From an uncultured virus (IMG/VR IMGVR_UViG_3300025030_000078) (taxonomy: Duplodnaviria; Heunggongvirae; Uroviricota; Caudoviricetes): a stretch of 64,000 nt of DNA. The stretch lies in the IMG/VR virus record IMGVR_UViG_3300025030_000078; one strand, written 5' to 3'. This document shows, piece after piece, positions 1 to 8,622 of the stretch. The number at the start of each line of letters is the position of its first letter. Positions within the stretch are counted from its first letter, which is position 1. The translations under genes were made by a program, and so were the position numbers. The notes beneath the pieces are model-generated. The model was not told where the DNA came from, made no database searches, and was given only the letters and a program-made list of their open reading frames with translations.

Positions 1-290
1 ATATGCTAGGTTTTTTACAAGAGTAGAGAGCTCCCTTTCGGCTCTTGCAAAGTTAAATCCGTTGTACTCACTATCAAAACAAGCTCTTAGTATTTCTTCT
101 ATTAAGCCGTCGGGACTGTCGGGTTCGTTAATGGGCTCGGCGGGCTGGTTATGCTTTTTCGTTACCTTATTCGTTACCCCACCAACGCTTTGCACGGGTT
201 TACTGACACCCCTGTTACCGGGAATCGCCCTATTCTTATCCGTTGCCGGGAATCCCGGTGTTTCCTCATATAAAGATACGAGTTCGTTAG
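1..290. repeat. Direct repeat, copy 1 (1-126 exact, diverged to about 290)
   Basis: Base-by-base match to 40143-40268; homology continues with mismatches and an indel to about 40450. Confidence 0.97.
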
Positions 291-381
291 TGCAATCCCT
301 TACATCAGCTTCACTCATTATGCCCTCTCCCCATTTGATAACTATCTCCTCTACTTTCTGTCTATATTCTTGTAGTGTCAT
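1..381 (-). CDS. Hypothetical protein, 5' part; continues in frame at 40142..40011 if the genome is circular
   Basis: GGAGG RBS and ATG at 381; MTLQEYRQK...KNLAY joins LTITRKKK; homologous to 40011..40535. Confidence 0.8.
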   Translation of the reverse strand, partial: MTLQEYRQKVEEIVIKWGEGIMSEADVRDCTNELVSLYEETPGFPATDKNRAIPGNRGVSKPVQSVGGVTNKVTKKHNQPAEPINEPDSPDGLIEEILRACFDSEYNGFNFARAERELSTLVKNLAY

Positions 382-533
382 TTGTTTTCCTCCTTAGTGG
401 GGGAGTCTATGGGTTCCGTTCTACCAATCCCCGCACATTTACAAGCCCAATGACATGTATAAGGATTCTTCCAAAACCTCTCTAAAGCTCTTTCACTTTT
501 TCCATGTGTTGGACAATCGTTATCTATTTTCAT
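378..533 (-). CDS. Small Cys/His-containing hypothetical protein (51 aa)
   Basis: ATGA overlaps with both neighbours; below the track cutoff. Confidence 0.55.
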   Translation of the reverse strand: MKIDNDCPTHGKSERALERFWKNPYTCHWACKCAGIGRTEPIDSPTKEENK

Positions 534-790
534 CTTCCCCTCACTTTCCTTAGTTCGTTCAAACCAAATAACTTACCCTCAAGGCTTGAAGCAGTCCGTA
601 TTATCTCAATACACTCTTCTTCGGTCCGGGGGGCACTATTTTTCTTAAGAACAGCTCTTCCTGCTACCGAGGAACACTTCTTCGGACCTTTTAAAAATGA
701 ATACAACCTACCTACCTTTTTCATAAACACCTTACTGTAGCGCGGATCTAAAACCCTTGGATTATACCCGGTAATTAAAGTTACAGGCAT
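530..790 (-). CDS. Hypothetical protein
   Basis: ORF coupled to the rep gene stop. Confidence 0.6.
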   Translation of the reverse strand: MPVTLITGYNPRVLDPRYSKVFMKKVGRLYSFLKGPKKCSSVAGRAVLKKNSAPRTEEECIEIIRTASSLEGKLFGLNELRKVRGR

Positions 791-791
791 A

Positions 792-1868
792 TTATTTCCC
801 TTCTATACGCTCCTTAAACTTTGTTACAAACTTCTCAGGGGTATGGAGCGGGGGAGCCCAGGACTCCCTATGACCCCCGTACAGACAATATTCTTGTATC
901 CTTCCTTTGTGATAACTGTTGGCTTTAGCATAGTCATCTATCTCATCTATCAACGTATTCTCGTATATGTAACTCATAGTATACGGTGATAACGAACCTA
1001 TAGTAGACATATCCCTAGATTTCTCCTTGCGGTAGGGAGAGGAAAGCCAATTATTAAAGGCGAGTATGGAATTACCACATTTTTTACCCTTACCTTCGTA
1101 CCACGTAGCGAGGTCCCGGACCATGTGTAGGAGTTCGTCCACCGCAGCCTTACTGATCCATTCAGGGTAGTATTTTAAAAAGGTTTTCCTGGTACAAGGT
1201 TTTAAGGAGCAAAGAGCCGTGTAGAGAGGGAGCGAGGGAGCGGGGAGATCTATAAACTCTGTAGAGGGCTCAGACTCGGTTTCAGATTTAGGTTTAAGTT
1301 CCTTCGGAGCGAGGGAGCCCGGTTCGGATTCTAAGGGAGAGATTGTTTCGAAGTCTAGGGGCGGAGAGTTTCGAAGCGAAGGGGCGAGGGGGACAGGTAA
1401 GGAACCAGGATACTCTTTTAAAAAAGATTTTTTTGCCTTCTTACTACTACTACTAATATCCTTATTATCATTATTATCATTATTGAATGTTGTTATTTGT
1501 TTGTTATTTGTTTGTTGATTGTTTGTTATTTGTTTGTTAGGTTGCCTGTTAACGCCTTGATAGTCTTTGTACTTATTTATTGTTATGACAGTGTATCTGT
1601 TGGTAGTTTTGATTGTTATTTCGCCTGTTGATTTTAGCTTATTTAACGCAGTGCGCACTTGTTGCACTGACAAAGCACCAATCTCCGTTGCTATATTTCC
1701 GTAGCTGGTAATTTTTTGACCTTCTTTTATGGCTATGCCGCACCATTCTGTGTCTTTGTGACTTGCTGTAAAAATAAGGTGTGTGAATACGCGGTACACG
1801 TTGGTGTCTGCGTACCATTGCCATTCCACTATTTTTCTGTGTATGGATACCCAACCGCTAATTGACAT
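792..1868 (-). CDS. Phage replication initiator / replisome organizer (lambda O-like)
   Basis: N-terminal GWVSIHRKIVEWQWY helix-turn-helix type; internal iteron-encoded NKQIT repeats; AAAGGAA RBS favours ATG 1868. Confidence 0.8.
   Translation of the reverse strand: MSISGWVSIHRKIVEWQWYADTNVYRVFTHLIFTASHKDTEWCGIAIKEGQKITSYGNIATEIGALSVQQVRTALNKLKSTGEITIKTTNRYTVITINKYKDYQGVNRQPNKQITNNQQTNNKQITTFNNDNNDNKDISSSSKKAKKSFLKEYPGSLPVPLAPSLRNSPPLDFETISPLESEPGSLAPKELKPKSETESEPSTEFIDLPAPSLPLYTALCSLKPCTRKTFLKYYPEWISKAAVDELLHMVRDLATWYEGKGKKCGNSILAFNNWLSSPYRKEKSRDMSTIGSLSPYTMSYIYENTLIDEIDDYAKANSYHKGRIQEYCLYGGHRESWAPPLHTPEKFVTKFKERIEGK
1460..1544. repeat. Iteron array and AT-rich tract, probable origin of phage A
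   Basis: TTGTTATTTGT-type 11-mers in tandem at 1490, 1501, 1512, 1523 and 1534, next to ATTATCATT repeats, inside the initiator gene. Confidence 0.75.
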
Positions 1869-1995
1869 GCATTTCCTTTCTAAAACCAAATATCCCCCCG
1901 CCGGTTGAAAAGAATTTACAGGAGACTTTTCTATCTACAGCGATATAAAACGCGACGGGGGAGTATTTAATTTTAGTTAGTAATTTTTTAAACAT
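1858..1995 (-). CDS. Putative leader peptide (45 aa) overlapping the rep start
   Basis: ATG 1995 to TAG 1858; the stop lies just past rep ATG 1868. Confidence 0.35.
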   Translation of the reverse strand: MFKKLLTKIKYSPVAFYIAVDRKVSCKFFSTGGGIFGFRKEMHVN

Positions 1996-2037
1996 TGCTG
2001 TAGATTCTGACTTCTGGCGTATTTTTTGCCTCCTGTT
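1888..2037 (-). ncRNA. Structured rep leader or antisense RNA candidate
   Basis: Complementary pairs 2028-2036/1918-1926, 1994-2005/1933-1944 and 1953-1968/1888-1903. Confidence 0.55.
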
Positions 2038-2043
2038 TCTAAT

Positions 2044-2071
2044 ATTTTAGGCTTTCCATACTGAAAGTCAA
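2044..2071 (-). promoter_or_regulatory. Sigma70-like promoter for rep
   Basis: TTGACT-16-TAAAAT, with ATACGTATTTGT directly adjacent at 2071-2082. Confidence 0.6.
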
Positions 2072-2129
2072 TACGTATTTGTTGTTTAGGGCGGAAGTTA
2101 CCTGACGGCTTCCCCCGCCCCGTTTGTGC

Positions 2130-2699
2130 TTATAGCGCGTGATAGTCCTGTGAATATTTACAGGTGTCCATCAGTTTGCCTTGGTTGTAAAAGCAAAGCA
2201 TCACATCCAACGGCATTTCGACCAGCTGTGATCTGAGCCAGTCAGTTACCTCTTTCACGCTCTCCTCGAAAGTATCAAAGCAGAATTTACGGTTACCCCT
2301 AGCGAAGAATCCAAACTCGTTGGTCTTACCAATCGATTCACAAAACTTATGGTGTCCCTCCGAGTTTTCACCTCTCCCGGATTCTAGTGTACGGATTTTT
2401 TCAACCAGCTCCCCCAGCCCCTCTTCATAAACGATTTTAGTCTTATCGGTTTGAGTGAGTGTTTTTTTCTCTGCAGCTAACACAGTGAAAGGTTCTGTTG
2501 ATTCTACCTCTAGCAGGGTAATTACTATAGGTTTCTGGGTTACTAACGGAGATCTAATCTCTACGTTGTGCCACTTGCTCCACAAAACTATTCCCCGGAA
2601 GTCCGCAAGGATTAACCCCAAATCTACCAAGGTAAGCACCAAGCACACGCCCAGCAGTATTTTTTGCCTTTTAGTTAAGGCAATATTCAGTTTTTGCAT
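2130..2699 (-). CDS. Membrane-anchored lysozyme-like (glucosaminidase/transglycosylase-like) protein
   Basis: N-terminal TM helix; LESG catalytic-Glu-like motif, NEFG, FDTFEESV and YN motifs. Confidence 0.45.
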   Translation of the reverse strand: MQKLNIALTKRQKILLGVCLVLTLVDLGLILADFRGIVLWSKWHNVEIRSPLVTQKPIVITLLEVESTEPFTVLAAEKKTLTQTDKTKIVYEEGLGELVEKIRTLESGRGENSEGHHKFCESIGKTNEFGFFARGNRKFCFDTFEESVKEVTDWLRSQLVEMPLDVMLCFYNQGKLMDTCKYSQDYHAL

Positions 2700-2729
2700 T
2701 TTCTATCACCTCCTTAAAAATCGAAAAAT

Positions 2730-2942
2730 TTATAATATAATCCAATTACGGTCGAATGTTTCCCAGCTTCTATAGGGGCATTGAAACGGTTTTATAATTA
2801 CCGGGTAGAAATTACCTATCACCCAGCCCAGCGGTCCTCTTGAATACTCTGCGATGGTCAACTTGTATATTTTTCCCGTCTCTAACATCGGGAAAGTCTC
2901 GTCTGGTTTTCCTATAAACCTGCAACGTCTAATCATTTGCAA
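2730..2942 (-). CDS. Hypothetical protein
   Basis: AGGAGG RBS upstream. Confidence 0.6.
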   Translation of the reverse strand: MQMIRRCRFIGKPDETFPMLETGKIYKLTIAEYSRGPLGWVIGNFYPVIIKPFQCPYRSWETFDRNWIIL

Positions 2943-3046
2943 TCCTCCTAAAAAAATGTTATATACATAATGCCCGTTGAGCCTATGTGCAACCGCCCTG
3001 TGTTTACACGGTGCGCTTTGTTCCTCTAAGCGAGACGGGCAACTTT

Positions 3047-3238
3047 TTATATTTTATGGTAGTACGCCACGGCTAACTTCTCAGCTCTCTTAACGAAAGC
3101 TCTGCTCTCACACGTCAGGGCAAGTCCCGCGTGAGTATTTAACAGTTTTGCTGTTAGTTTGTGTCCGTCCCGGTGAAACTCTACGCGGTCAAGTCGGTAG
3201 TGTTTAGCGTTCGGGGCTTTATATGTTGCTATTAGCAT
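3047..3238 (-). CDS. Hypothetical protein
   Basis: ACAGGAGAC RBS upstream. Confidence 0.7.
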   Translation of the reverse strand: MLIATYKAPNAKHYRLDRVEFHRDGHKLTAKLLNTHAGLALTCESRAFVKRAEKLAVAYYHKI

Positions 3239-3264
3239 TTTTAGTCTCCTGTAATTAAATACAA

Positions 3265-3450
3265 TTAAAATACTTCAGCTCCGCCGTCTAGCCTTATTAT
3301 TGTGTGTTTTACATCTCCCACGTTCGTGCCTTCTATTGCTCTGGTGCATAAATACTCAGCTCCGCCGTCGGTTCGTTTAAAGAATAGCGTGTATTTACTC
3401 GCTACCGCTATTGTGTCGTAGATATTTAGTTTTTTAGTTGTTGTGACCAT
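3265..3450 (-). CDS. Hypothetical protein with duplicated DGGAE motif
   Basis: ORF overlaps the upstream gene's stop. Confidence 0.6.
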   Translation of the reverse strand: MVTTTKKLNIYDTIAVASKYTLFFKRTDGGAEYLCTRAIEGTNVGDVKHTIIRLDGGAEVF

Positions 3451-3865
3451 TGGTTTCTTCCTCTTCCCATGAAATTAAGTAACTGTTTTCGCTTTTCCCT
3501 CCGCCTAAGTTTGAAACTCTAACTTCTAAGGCTTCGGCTAGTCTGATAATTGACTCCTTGCCACAACCGCCGTCGATGTAGACTTTGTCTCCGTCTTCGT
3601 AAAGTATATGTTGTTTGTTTGTTTTCTTGTTGTAGAAGTGCAACCCGTAAAATGTATCCGTTCCGACATTCTTTGCCCGTTCAATAATCGGCGTGTATTT
3701 TGTCAGCACGTACGCAAGGGAAGTTCCCCCCATATCGTAGCCCCCACCACTACAGCCACACGAACGGTCTGTAAAGGTGTTGAAATTTTTAGTTATGTGC
3801 GCGGTACAACGTAGCCCTCGGCTGCTGTCTTTCCACGTTTGTCTGAGTATAATTTGCTCGGTCAT
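3434..3865 (-). CDS. Hypothetical protein (GCSGGGYDMGGT motif)
   Basis: ACAGGAGAC RBS supports ATG 3865 rather than 3958. Confidence 0.7.
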   Translation of the reverse strand: MTEQIILRQTWKDSSRGLRCTAHITKNFNTFTDRSCGCSGGGYDMGGTSLAYVLTKYTPIIERAKNVGTDTFYGLHFYNKKTNKQHILYEDGDKVYIDGGCGKESIIRLAEALEVRVSNLGGGKSENSYLISWEEEETNGHNN

Positions 3866-3899
3866 TTTTTTAGTCTCCTGTAAAAACCAATTAAATAAG

Positions 3900-4001
3900 T
3901 TATCTGAACAGTCTGCGAATACGTGCGAGATAGAACATTTTTCTATGTTCTCTTTCAAGCTTTTTGATAAAGCTTTTTGTGGCTGGGTAATGTATTGCCA
4001 T
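3900..4001 (-). CDS. Small basic protein (33 aa), first gene after the leftward promoter
   Basis: ACAGGAGAC RBS; MAIHYPATKSF...RRLFR. Confidence 0.55.
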   Translation of the reverse strand: MAIHYPATKSFIKKLEREHRKMFYLARIRRLFR

Positions 4002-4066
4002 CTTTTTGTCTCCTGTAATAAATAAGTACGTTGTGCCTTTAGTGGTTTTGTTTTTCCACTATCAGA

Positions 4067-4095
4067 ATTCTAGCATTAAAATACGTATCTGTCAA
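4067..4095 (-). promoter_or_regulatory. Early leftward promoter
   Basis: TTGACA-17-TAGAAT, near consensus. Confidence 0.8.
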
Positions 4096-4501
4096 GTATA
4101 TTCTATCCGGGAAGTTTTAGAAAAATACTCTAATCTGTATTGTAGTATGTCGCCTCTTTATAGTTTGCGGGAAATATGCGGGAATTATAAAAAACTAGTA
4201 ATGCAACACCTCGATTATGGCGTGGTTACAGCCTATAGTCGTACACGTCGTTATATATACATTATACGACGTGGTTTTGAAATAAAAAAACTGGTACTAT
4301 TGCTTGTAACTACAGCCAAAGCAACCGAATGTGGCAACCCGTTGGGCAGGGGCAGAAGAGGGTGAAGTATCCTATAGTAAACGAAACAAGGAGTTTATCC
4401 CGCCATTAAAAGATTTCCGTCAGGGGGTGGGGGATAACTCCTAGCGGGGTCGCAACACAGTAGTGATATCCCTCGCTACATTTGACCAAATTCCCCGCTA
4501 C

Positions 4502-4530
4502 TTTACAAATTCGTATCTGTACTATAAGAT
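4502..4530 (+). promoter_or_regulatory. Late promoter, leaderless start at 4537
   Basis: TTTACA-17-TAAGAT, 6 nt before the ATG. Confidence 0.6.
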
Positions 4531-4536
4531 AACTTT

Positions 4537-5367
4537 ATGTCACGAACAAAGGATGTTTCCCCTGTCGCATCAACAACAAGCATTAAATTCTTACAGGAAT
4601 CCGGCTACATCGATTCCCCTAACTGTGCTATATGCAGCGCCACTCACCCAGTCTCCCACATCCCTGTGCGCCCCGATCTCGAAGAAATATGGGTCCGTGC
4701 CGGTTCGCATAAAGCTCTCTCGTTCCTTCGCGGCTGTGGCATTAACGTAACTATCCGCTCCCTGCAACGTCACATCCAGAACCACGCTCCCTACCTTCGT
4801 GCAGGAATATGGCTAAAGCGCTCCCAAGATCTCATCAAAGCTGCCGTAGAAGAACACGCTGAAGCTGAGGTTGCAGTTCAAAACATCATAAACATCGGTA
4901 ACAAAATGGTTCTTGAAGGTGCGCTCCCCGTTACCGAGCGACTTTTTGTCGAATCTCTAAAACTCCAAAGCAAAAACAAACAAGTCTCCTCGCTCCGAGG
5001 TTTCCTTGACGAAATAGAATCGGGCGCTTTTTCCAATGCAGAGCTTGTTGATGATAATAAAAAACAACTTGCATCCCCGGTCATTGAAGGCGAAACTGTA
5101 GAAGACGATATTTACACCACCCAACCCACCCCAAATGACCCCCCTCTTTCCTCTGAAACACCTCCTTCTTTAAATCCTAATACCGAAGATGGTACTTCTA
5201 TCGTTTCAGCTCCTGAAACTTCACCAGAACCAATCCTAGAGCCTCCGATAAAAAAGAAAATAATTACTAAACCTCCATTAAAGAAGATACCTAAAGCCAA
5301 AATGCTTGAAACATTTGATGATTTTAAACCATTTTTCCCCGAAGCGGAGGGACCTGATGTCGATTGA
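4537..5367 (+). CDS. Putative terminase small subunit
   Basis: Immediately upstream of TerL; N-terminal CxxC...RH..NH motif; low-complexity tail. Confidence 0.55.
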   Translation: MSRTKDVSPVASTTSIKFLQESGYIDSPNCAICSATHPVSHIPVRPDLEEIWVRAGSHKALSFLRGCGINVTIRSLQRHIQNHAPYLRAGIWLKRSQDLIKAAVEEHAEAEVAVQNIINIGNKMVLEGALPVTERLFVESLKLQSKNKQVSSLRGFLDEIESGAFSNAELVDDNKKQLASPVIEGETVEDDIYTTQPTPNDPPLSSETPPSLNPNTEDGTSIVSAPETSPEPILEPPIKKKIITKPPLKKIPKAKMLETFDDFKPFFPEAEGPDVD

Positions 5368-6793
5368 AGCCGCTAAAGAATACTACGCAAAATATTTTAA
5401 ACTCGGTAAGGACGACCCCGAAATATTTATTTCTAAAATTGTGTCTCCCGCGCATTGGCGTAACCCCATAACCGGACAAGAAGAAGAAATGCGACCTAAT
5501 GGTCCACAGCTTAAATGGCTTAAAAACTCAATAATGCCCTATAACGTGTTTGCAGCGGGTAACTCTTCCGGTAAATCTTTTGGTTCTGCCTTTAAAGCAG
5601 TTTGGTTTGCGAATTATAAAAAAAAGCCGGGAAAAAACTATGGGAGCTATGCAGAATTCATTTCACAACCCTATAAAGTTTTACTATCGGGTCCCGAATC
5701 CAAGCAGGCAATGTCTCTTTTTGAACAGGTTGAATTCTTACTTAAAAATTCCCCTTATTTGTCTCAGAAGATTGTCAGTATAACTACCGGAACTAAAAGA
5801 GATCCCCACGCCTGTATTGACCTGGATAACGGGGCTTCTATTCACGCCATATCAACCAAAAACAAAGGTAAGCACATTGAGTCCGGGGACTTTGATTTGA
5901 TTATTTTTGATGAGCCTGCAGACGAACCCCACTTAAGTTATGTTATCGATAAAGTATTGGTTCCCCGTATGTTTAGACGTGGCGGTGTTTTAGACCTTGT
6001 CGGTACTCCTAAAGATAGCCCGGAGTTTTTAGACTGGTATCGTAAAGGTTGCTCCTCTGAGGATGAGTTTTATGACCCTCGCTACGTCGAACCTGAGTCC
6101 TACTACTCCCAAAACGCGTCCTCCTTTGAAAATCCGTTTGCAGACCAGGAGAAGATTCAGCAGTATGCATCCACTAAAAACGAGGATATTATTCAGGAAA
6201 GACTTTACGGTAAATTTGTCAATTTCTCTGATTCTGCCTTCCCGGAGACTGTTATCCATGCGTGTCTTAACCCCGAACTTCCTGTGCATATTGAACCGTC
6301 TGACGGAAGGATTTATGTCACGGGAGTTGATTTTGGTAGGAAAAACGACTTTACCGTGGCAGTTACTTTAGACGTGACGGAGTTCCCTTTTACCGTCGTC
6401 GACTTCGGTCGTTGGGGAGGGGGTAATGTATCTTGGGAGTTTATTTTTAACCAGCTTTATAGTATATTTGAGAAATATAGGTCAGAATTTTTTGTCGATG
6501 CGACATCTTCTGGCGGTGACATGCAAGTAGAGTGGCTGAACGGTATGGGCGTGTTTTATAAGCAATTTATTTACACTCCCGCCAAAAAGGTTATACTGAT
6601 AAATAACCTACAGGATATGATGGCAAGGAGTAGAGTTAGGTTCGGGCTAATACCGGAGCTTAAAGATGAGCTTAGGTTTTACCCGCGAAGTCTCGAAGAT
6701 AAACACTTCGACACGGACTGTGTTATGGGTCTTGCGCTCGCCTGCCTGCGTGCCAAAGATTTTGGTAATGTAAGCGAGCCGTACGAATATTAA
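5357..6793 (+). CDS. terL: Terminase large subunit
   Basis: Walker A AGNSSGKS, Walker B IIFDE, GTP coupling motif, nuclease GVDFGRKNDFT and DTDCVMGLALA. Confidence 0.93.
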   Translation: MSIEAAKEYYAKYFKLGKDDPEIFISKIVSPAHWRNPITGQEEEMRPNGPQLKWLKNSIMPYNVFAAGNSSGKSFGSAFKAVWFANYKKKPGKNYGSYAEFISQPYKVLLSGPESKQAMSLFEQVEFLLKNSPYLSQKIVSITTGTKRDPHACIDLDNGASIHAISTKNKGKHIESGDFDLIIFDEPADEPHLSYVIDKVLVPRMFRRGGVLDLVGTPKDSPEFLDWYRKGCSSEDEFYDPRYVEPESYYSQNASSFENPFADQEKIQQYASTKNEDIIQERLYGKFVNFSDSAFPETVIHACLNPELPVHIEPSDGRIYVTGVDFGRKNDFTVAVTLDVTEFPFTVVDFGRWGGGNVSWEFIFNQLYSIFEKYRSEFFVDATSSGGDMQVEWLNGMGVFYKQFIYTPAKKVILINNLQDMMARSRVRFGLIPELKDELRFYPRSLEDKHFDTDCVMGLALACLRAKDFGNVSEPYEY

Positions 6794-8614
6794 ATGACTA
6801 ATATAATTACTAATGTTAAAAATGCTCTAGGTTATGCAGAACCCGCTGTTATTGAAGTAGCCCGGCTTTGGAACTCCATGTCGGATATTTATTCCCAAAG
6901 TACAACCAACTCACGAAGACACAGAGACATGTTTTTAGGAAGTCAATGGACTTCGGAAGATCTGAGTAAAAAAGATAGAGTGCATAGAGTATATAACTAT
7001 GGGGCACAACTTTTACGTAAATTTCAGATGTATGAAGGAGCTAAAGGGTTTGATTTAAATGTTAAATATACTAATGACGATGAGCTTTCTTTACTTATTG
7101 CAGAGGCTACTGAAGCTTTAGCCTATCAGATATTAGATAGCGCTAAATTCTTTTCTAAATACTTAGAATCACGTCTTGCTAAAAGCCTTTACGGAACTAT
7201 TTACTACGGACCTTTATGGAACTCGGATAATAAAGACGGAGGACCGAAAGGGACTTTAGAAATAAGAACTTTAACCTCCGAAAGATGCCGCGTTTTATAT
7301 CAGGATAATAACTTCGAAGTGCCGGAAGCTTTCATTACTTGTAAGAGAATGCATGTGGATGTTGCTCGAAGAATTTACGGCGGTTTGGTGGAAAAAACTA
7401 TTGAACCGGATGACTATGTTAATTCTGACGAATATAACAAAGCTGTTAAAGATTACGTTTTTAGTACGCAGCCTTCGGGTTCCTATAATCTTGACAGTAA
7501 AAATATGGTGACTATTTGGAATATGACTAATACCGAAAGGTATGTGGTTACCGTGGGACACCAGGTAGCTATTGATAGAGAGCACGGATATAAGATAAAC
7601 GGCAAGGGTTTTTGCCCCATCGTTCAGGAGCATAACATTTACTTAACAGGCTATCATATTGGGTTTTCCGATCTGTATTTTGTTGAGGATCAGCTCCGCG
7701 CTTTAAATAAACTTTACTCGCTTTTGGAAGAGATTGTTGAGGATAACGCATATCCTATTATGTTTGAAATAAACAACTCTCTTAGAGGTCAGAAACTTAA
7801 AAGAGGAGAGATGAGAGGTAAAGTGTTCCCGATGACCGTAGGACCTAATGAAGAGGGTATAAGACAGCTTCAGGCTTCCACTTTAGTACAGCCGGTACTT
7901 GCTGCTATAGCTGAAGTTAAGTCTACTATATTTGATATTTCTTCTATGCCTGCAGCTGCTTTTGGAGCTTACCAACCTAACACCAAGTCGGGTTTTCAAG
8001 CAACTGTTCAGATGCAGCCCGCACTTCAGGAGATAGACGGAAGACAGGTAAGAACTGCTGAAGCTTTAAATACTCTTATCAGACAATGCCTTGCTATTTT
8101 AGAAAAAGAAGATCCCGATTCACTTACTATAAGTCTACCTGCTGAGACCAATCCGGCGGATGGTCAGGTTATAATTCCTGAACAGAAAGTAAAACTTAGT
8201 AACCTATCCGCACACACAATTGAGATTTTATTTGGAAATCCGCTACCTAAAGACGATGCCAGGGTGATTCAAAACGAGACTATGAAATATACTAATAAAC
8301 TACAGTCTAAGAGAACTACAATGCAGAATCTTGGTGTGGAGAGTCCTTCTAAAGAAAACAACATTATAGAGCAGGAAGATATTAAATTAGCGGAAATTCA
8401 GGCTAAGGTGCAATCCATAATGGCTGAGGCGGAGGCTGCAGTTATAGCTAAACAACAGGCAGCAGCTACACCGAAACCAACGGCAGATGCTGGAGCTAAC
8501 GGTCCTTTGAAACCGGGACAGAATCCCGAACAGAAGATGCCTACTCCTATTGGAGAAGAAGAGCCTGCTGTGGAAACTGCTGGAGAGGCGGTAGCGGAAA
8601 CCAGCACGCTTTAG
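6794..8614 (+). CDS. Portal protein
   Basis: 606 aa, directly after TerL; YG-type and CPIV motifs; acidic flexible tail. Confidence 0.8.
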   Translation: MTNIITNVKNALGYAEPAVIEVARLWNSMSDIYSQSTTNSRRHRDMFLGSQWTSEDLSKKDRVHRVYNYGAQLLRKFQMYEGAKGFDLNVKYTNDDELSLLIAEATEALAYQILDSAKFFSKYLESRLAKSLYGTIYYGPLWNSDNKDGGPKGTLEIRTLTSERCRVLYQDNNFEVPEAFITCKRMHVDVARRIYGGLVEKTIEPDDYVNSDEYNKAVKDYVFSTQPSGSYNLDSKNMVTIWNMTNTERYVVTVGHQVAIDREHGYKINGKGFCPIVQEHNIYLTGYHIGFSDLYFVEDQLRALNKLYSLLEEIVEDNAYPIMFEINNSLRGQKLKRGEMRGKVFPMTVGPNEEGIRQLQASTLVQPVLAAIAEVKSTIFDISSMPAAAFGAYQPNTKSGFQATVQMQPALQEIDGRQVRTAEALNTLIRQCLAILEKEDPDSLTISLPAETNPADGQVIIPEQKVKLSNLSAHTIEILFGNPLPKDDARVIQNETMKYTNKLQSKRTTMQNLGVESPSKENNIIEQEDIKLAEIQAKVQSIMAEAEAAVIAKQQAAATPKPTADAGANGPLKPGQNPEQKMPTPIGEEEPAVETAGEAVAETSTL

Positions 8615-8622
8615 TATGAAAT

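Noticed and set aside
62..397. + strand ORF and its twin at 40081..40554
   Set aside because: Antisense shadows of the - strand gene, which has the RBS and operon context.
2971..3042. tRNA gene
   Set aside because: No GTTC T-loop or canonical arm spacing.
4006..4365. 119-aa + strand ORF
   Set aside because: Crosses the leftward promoter and has no RBS; the region is better explained as regulatory.
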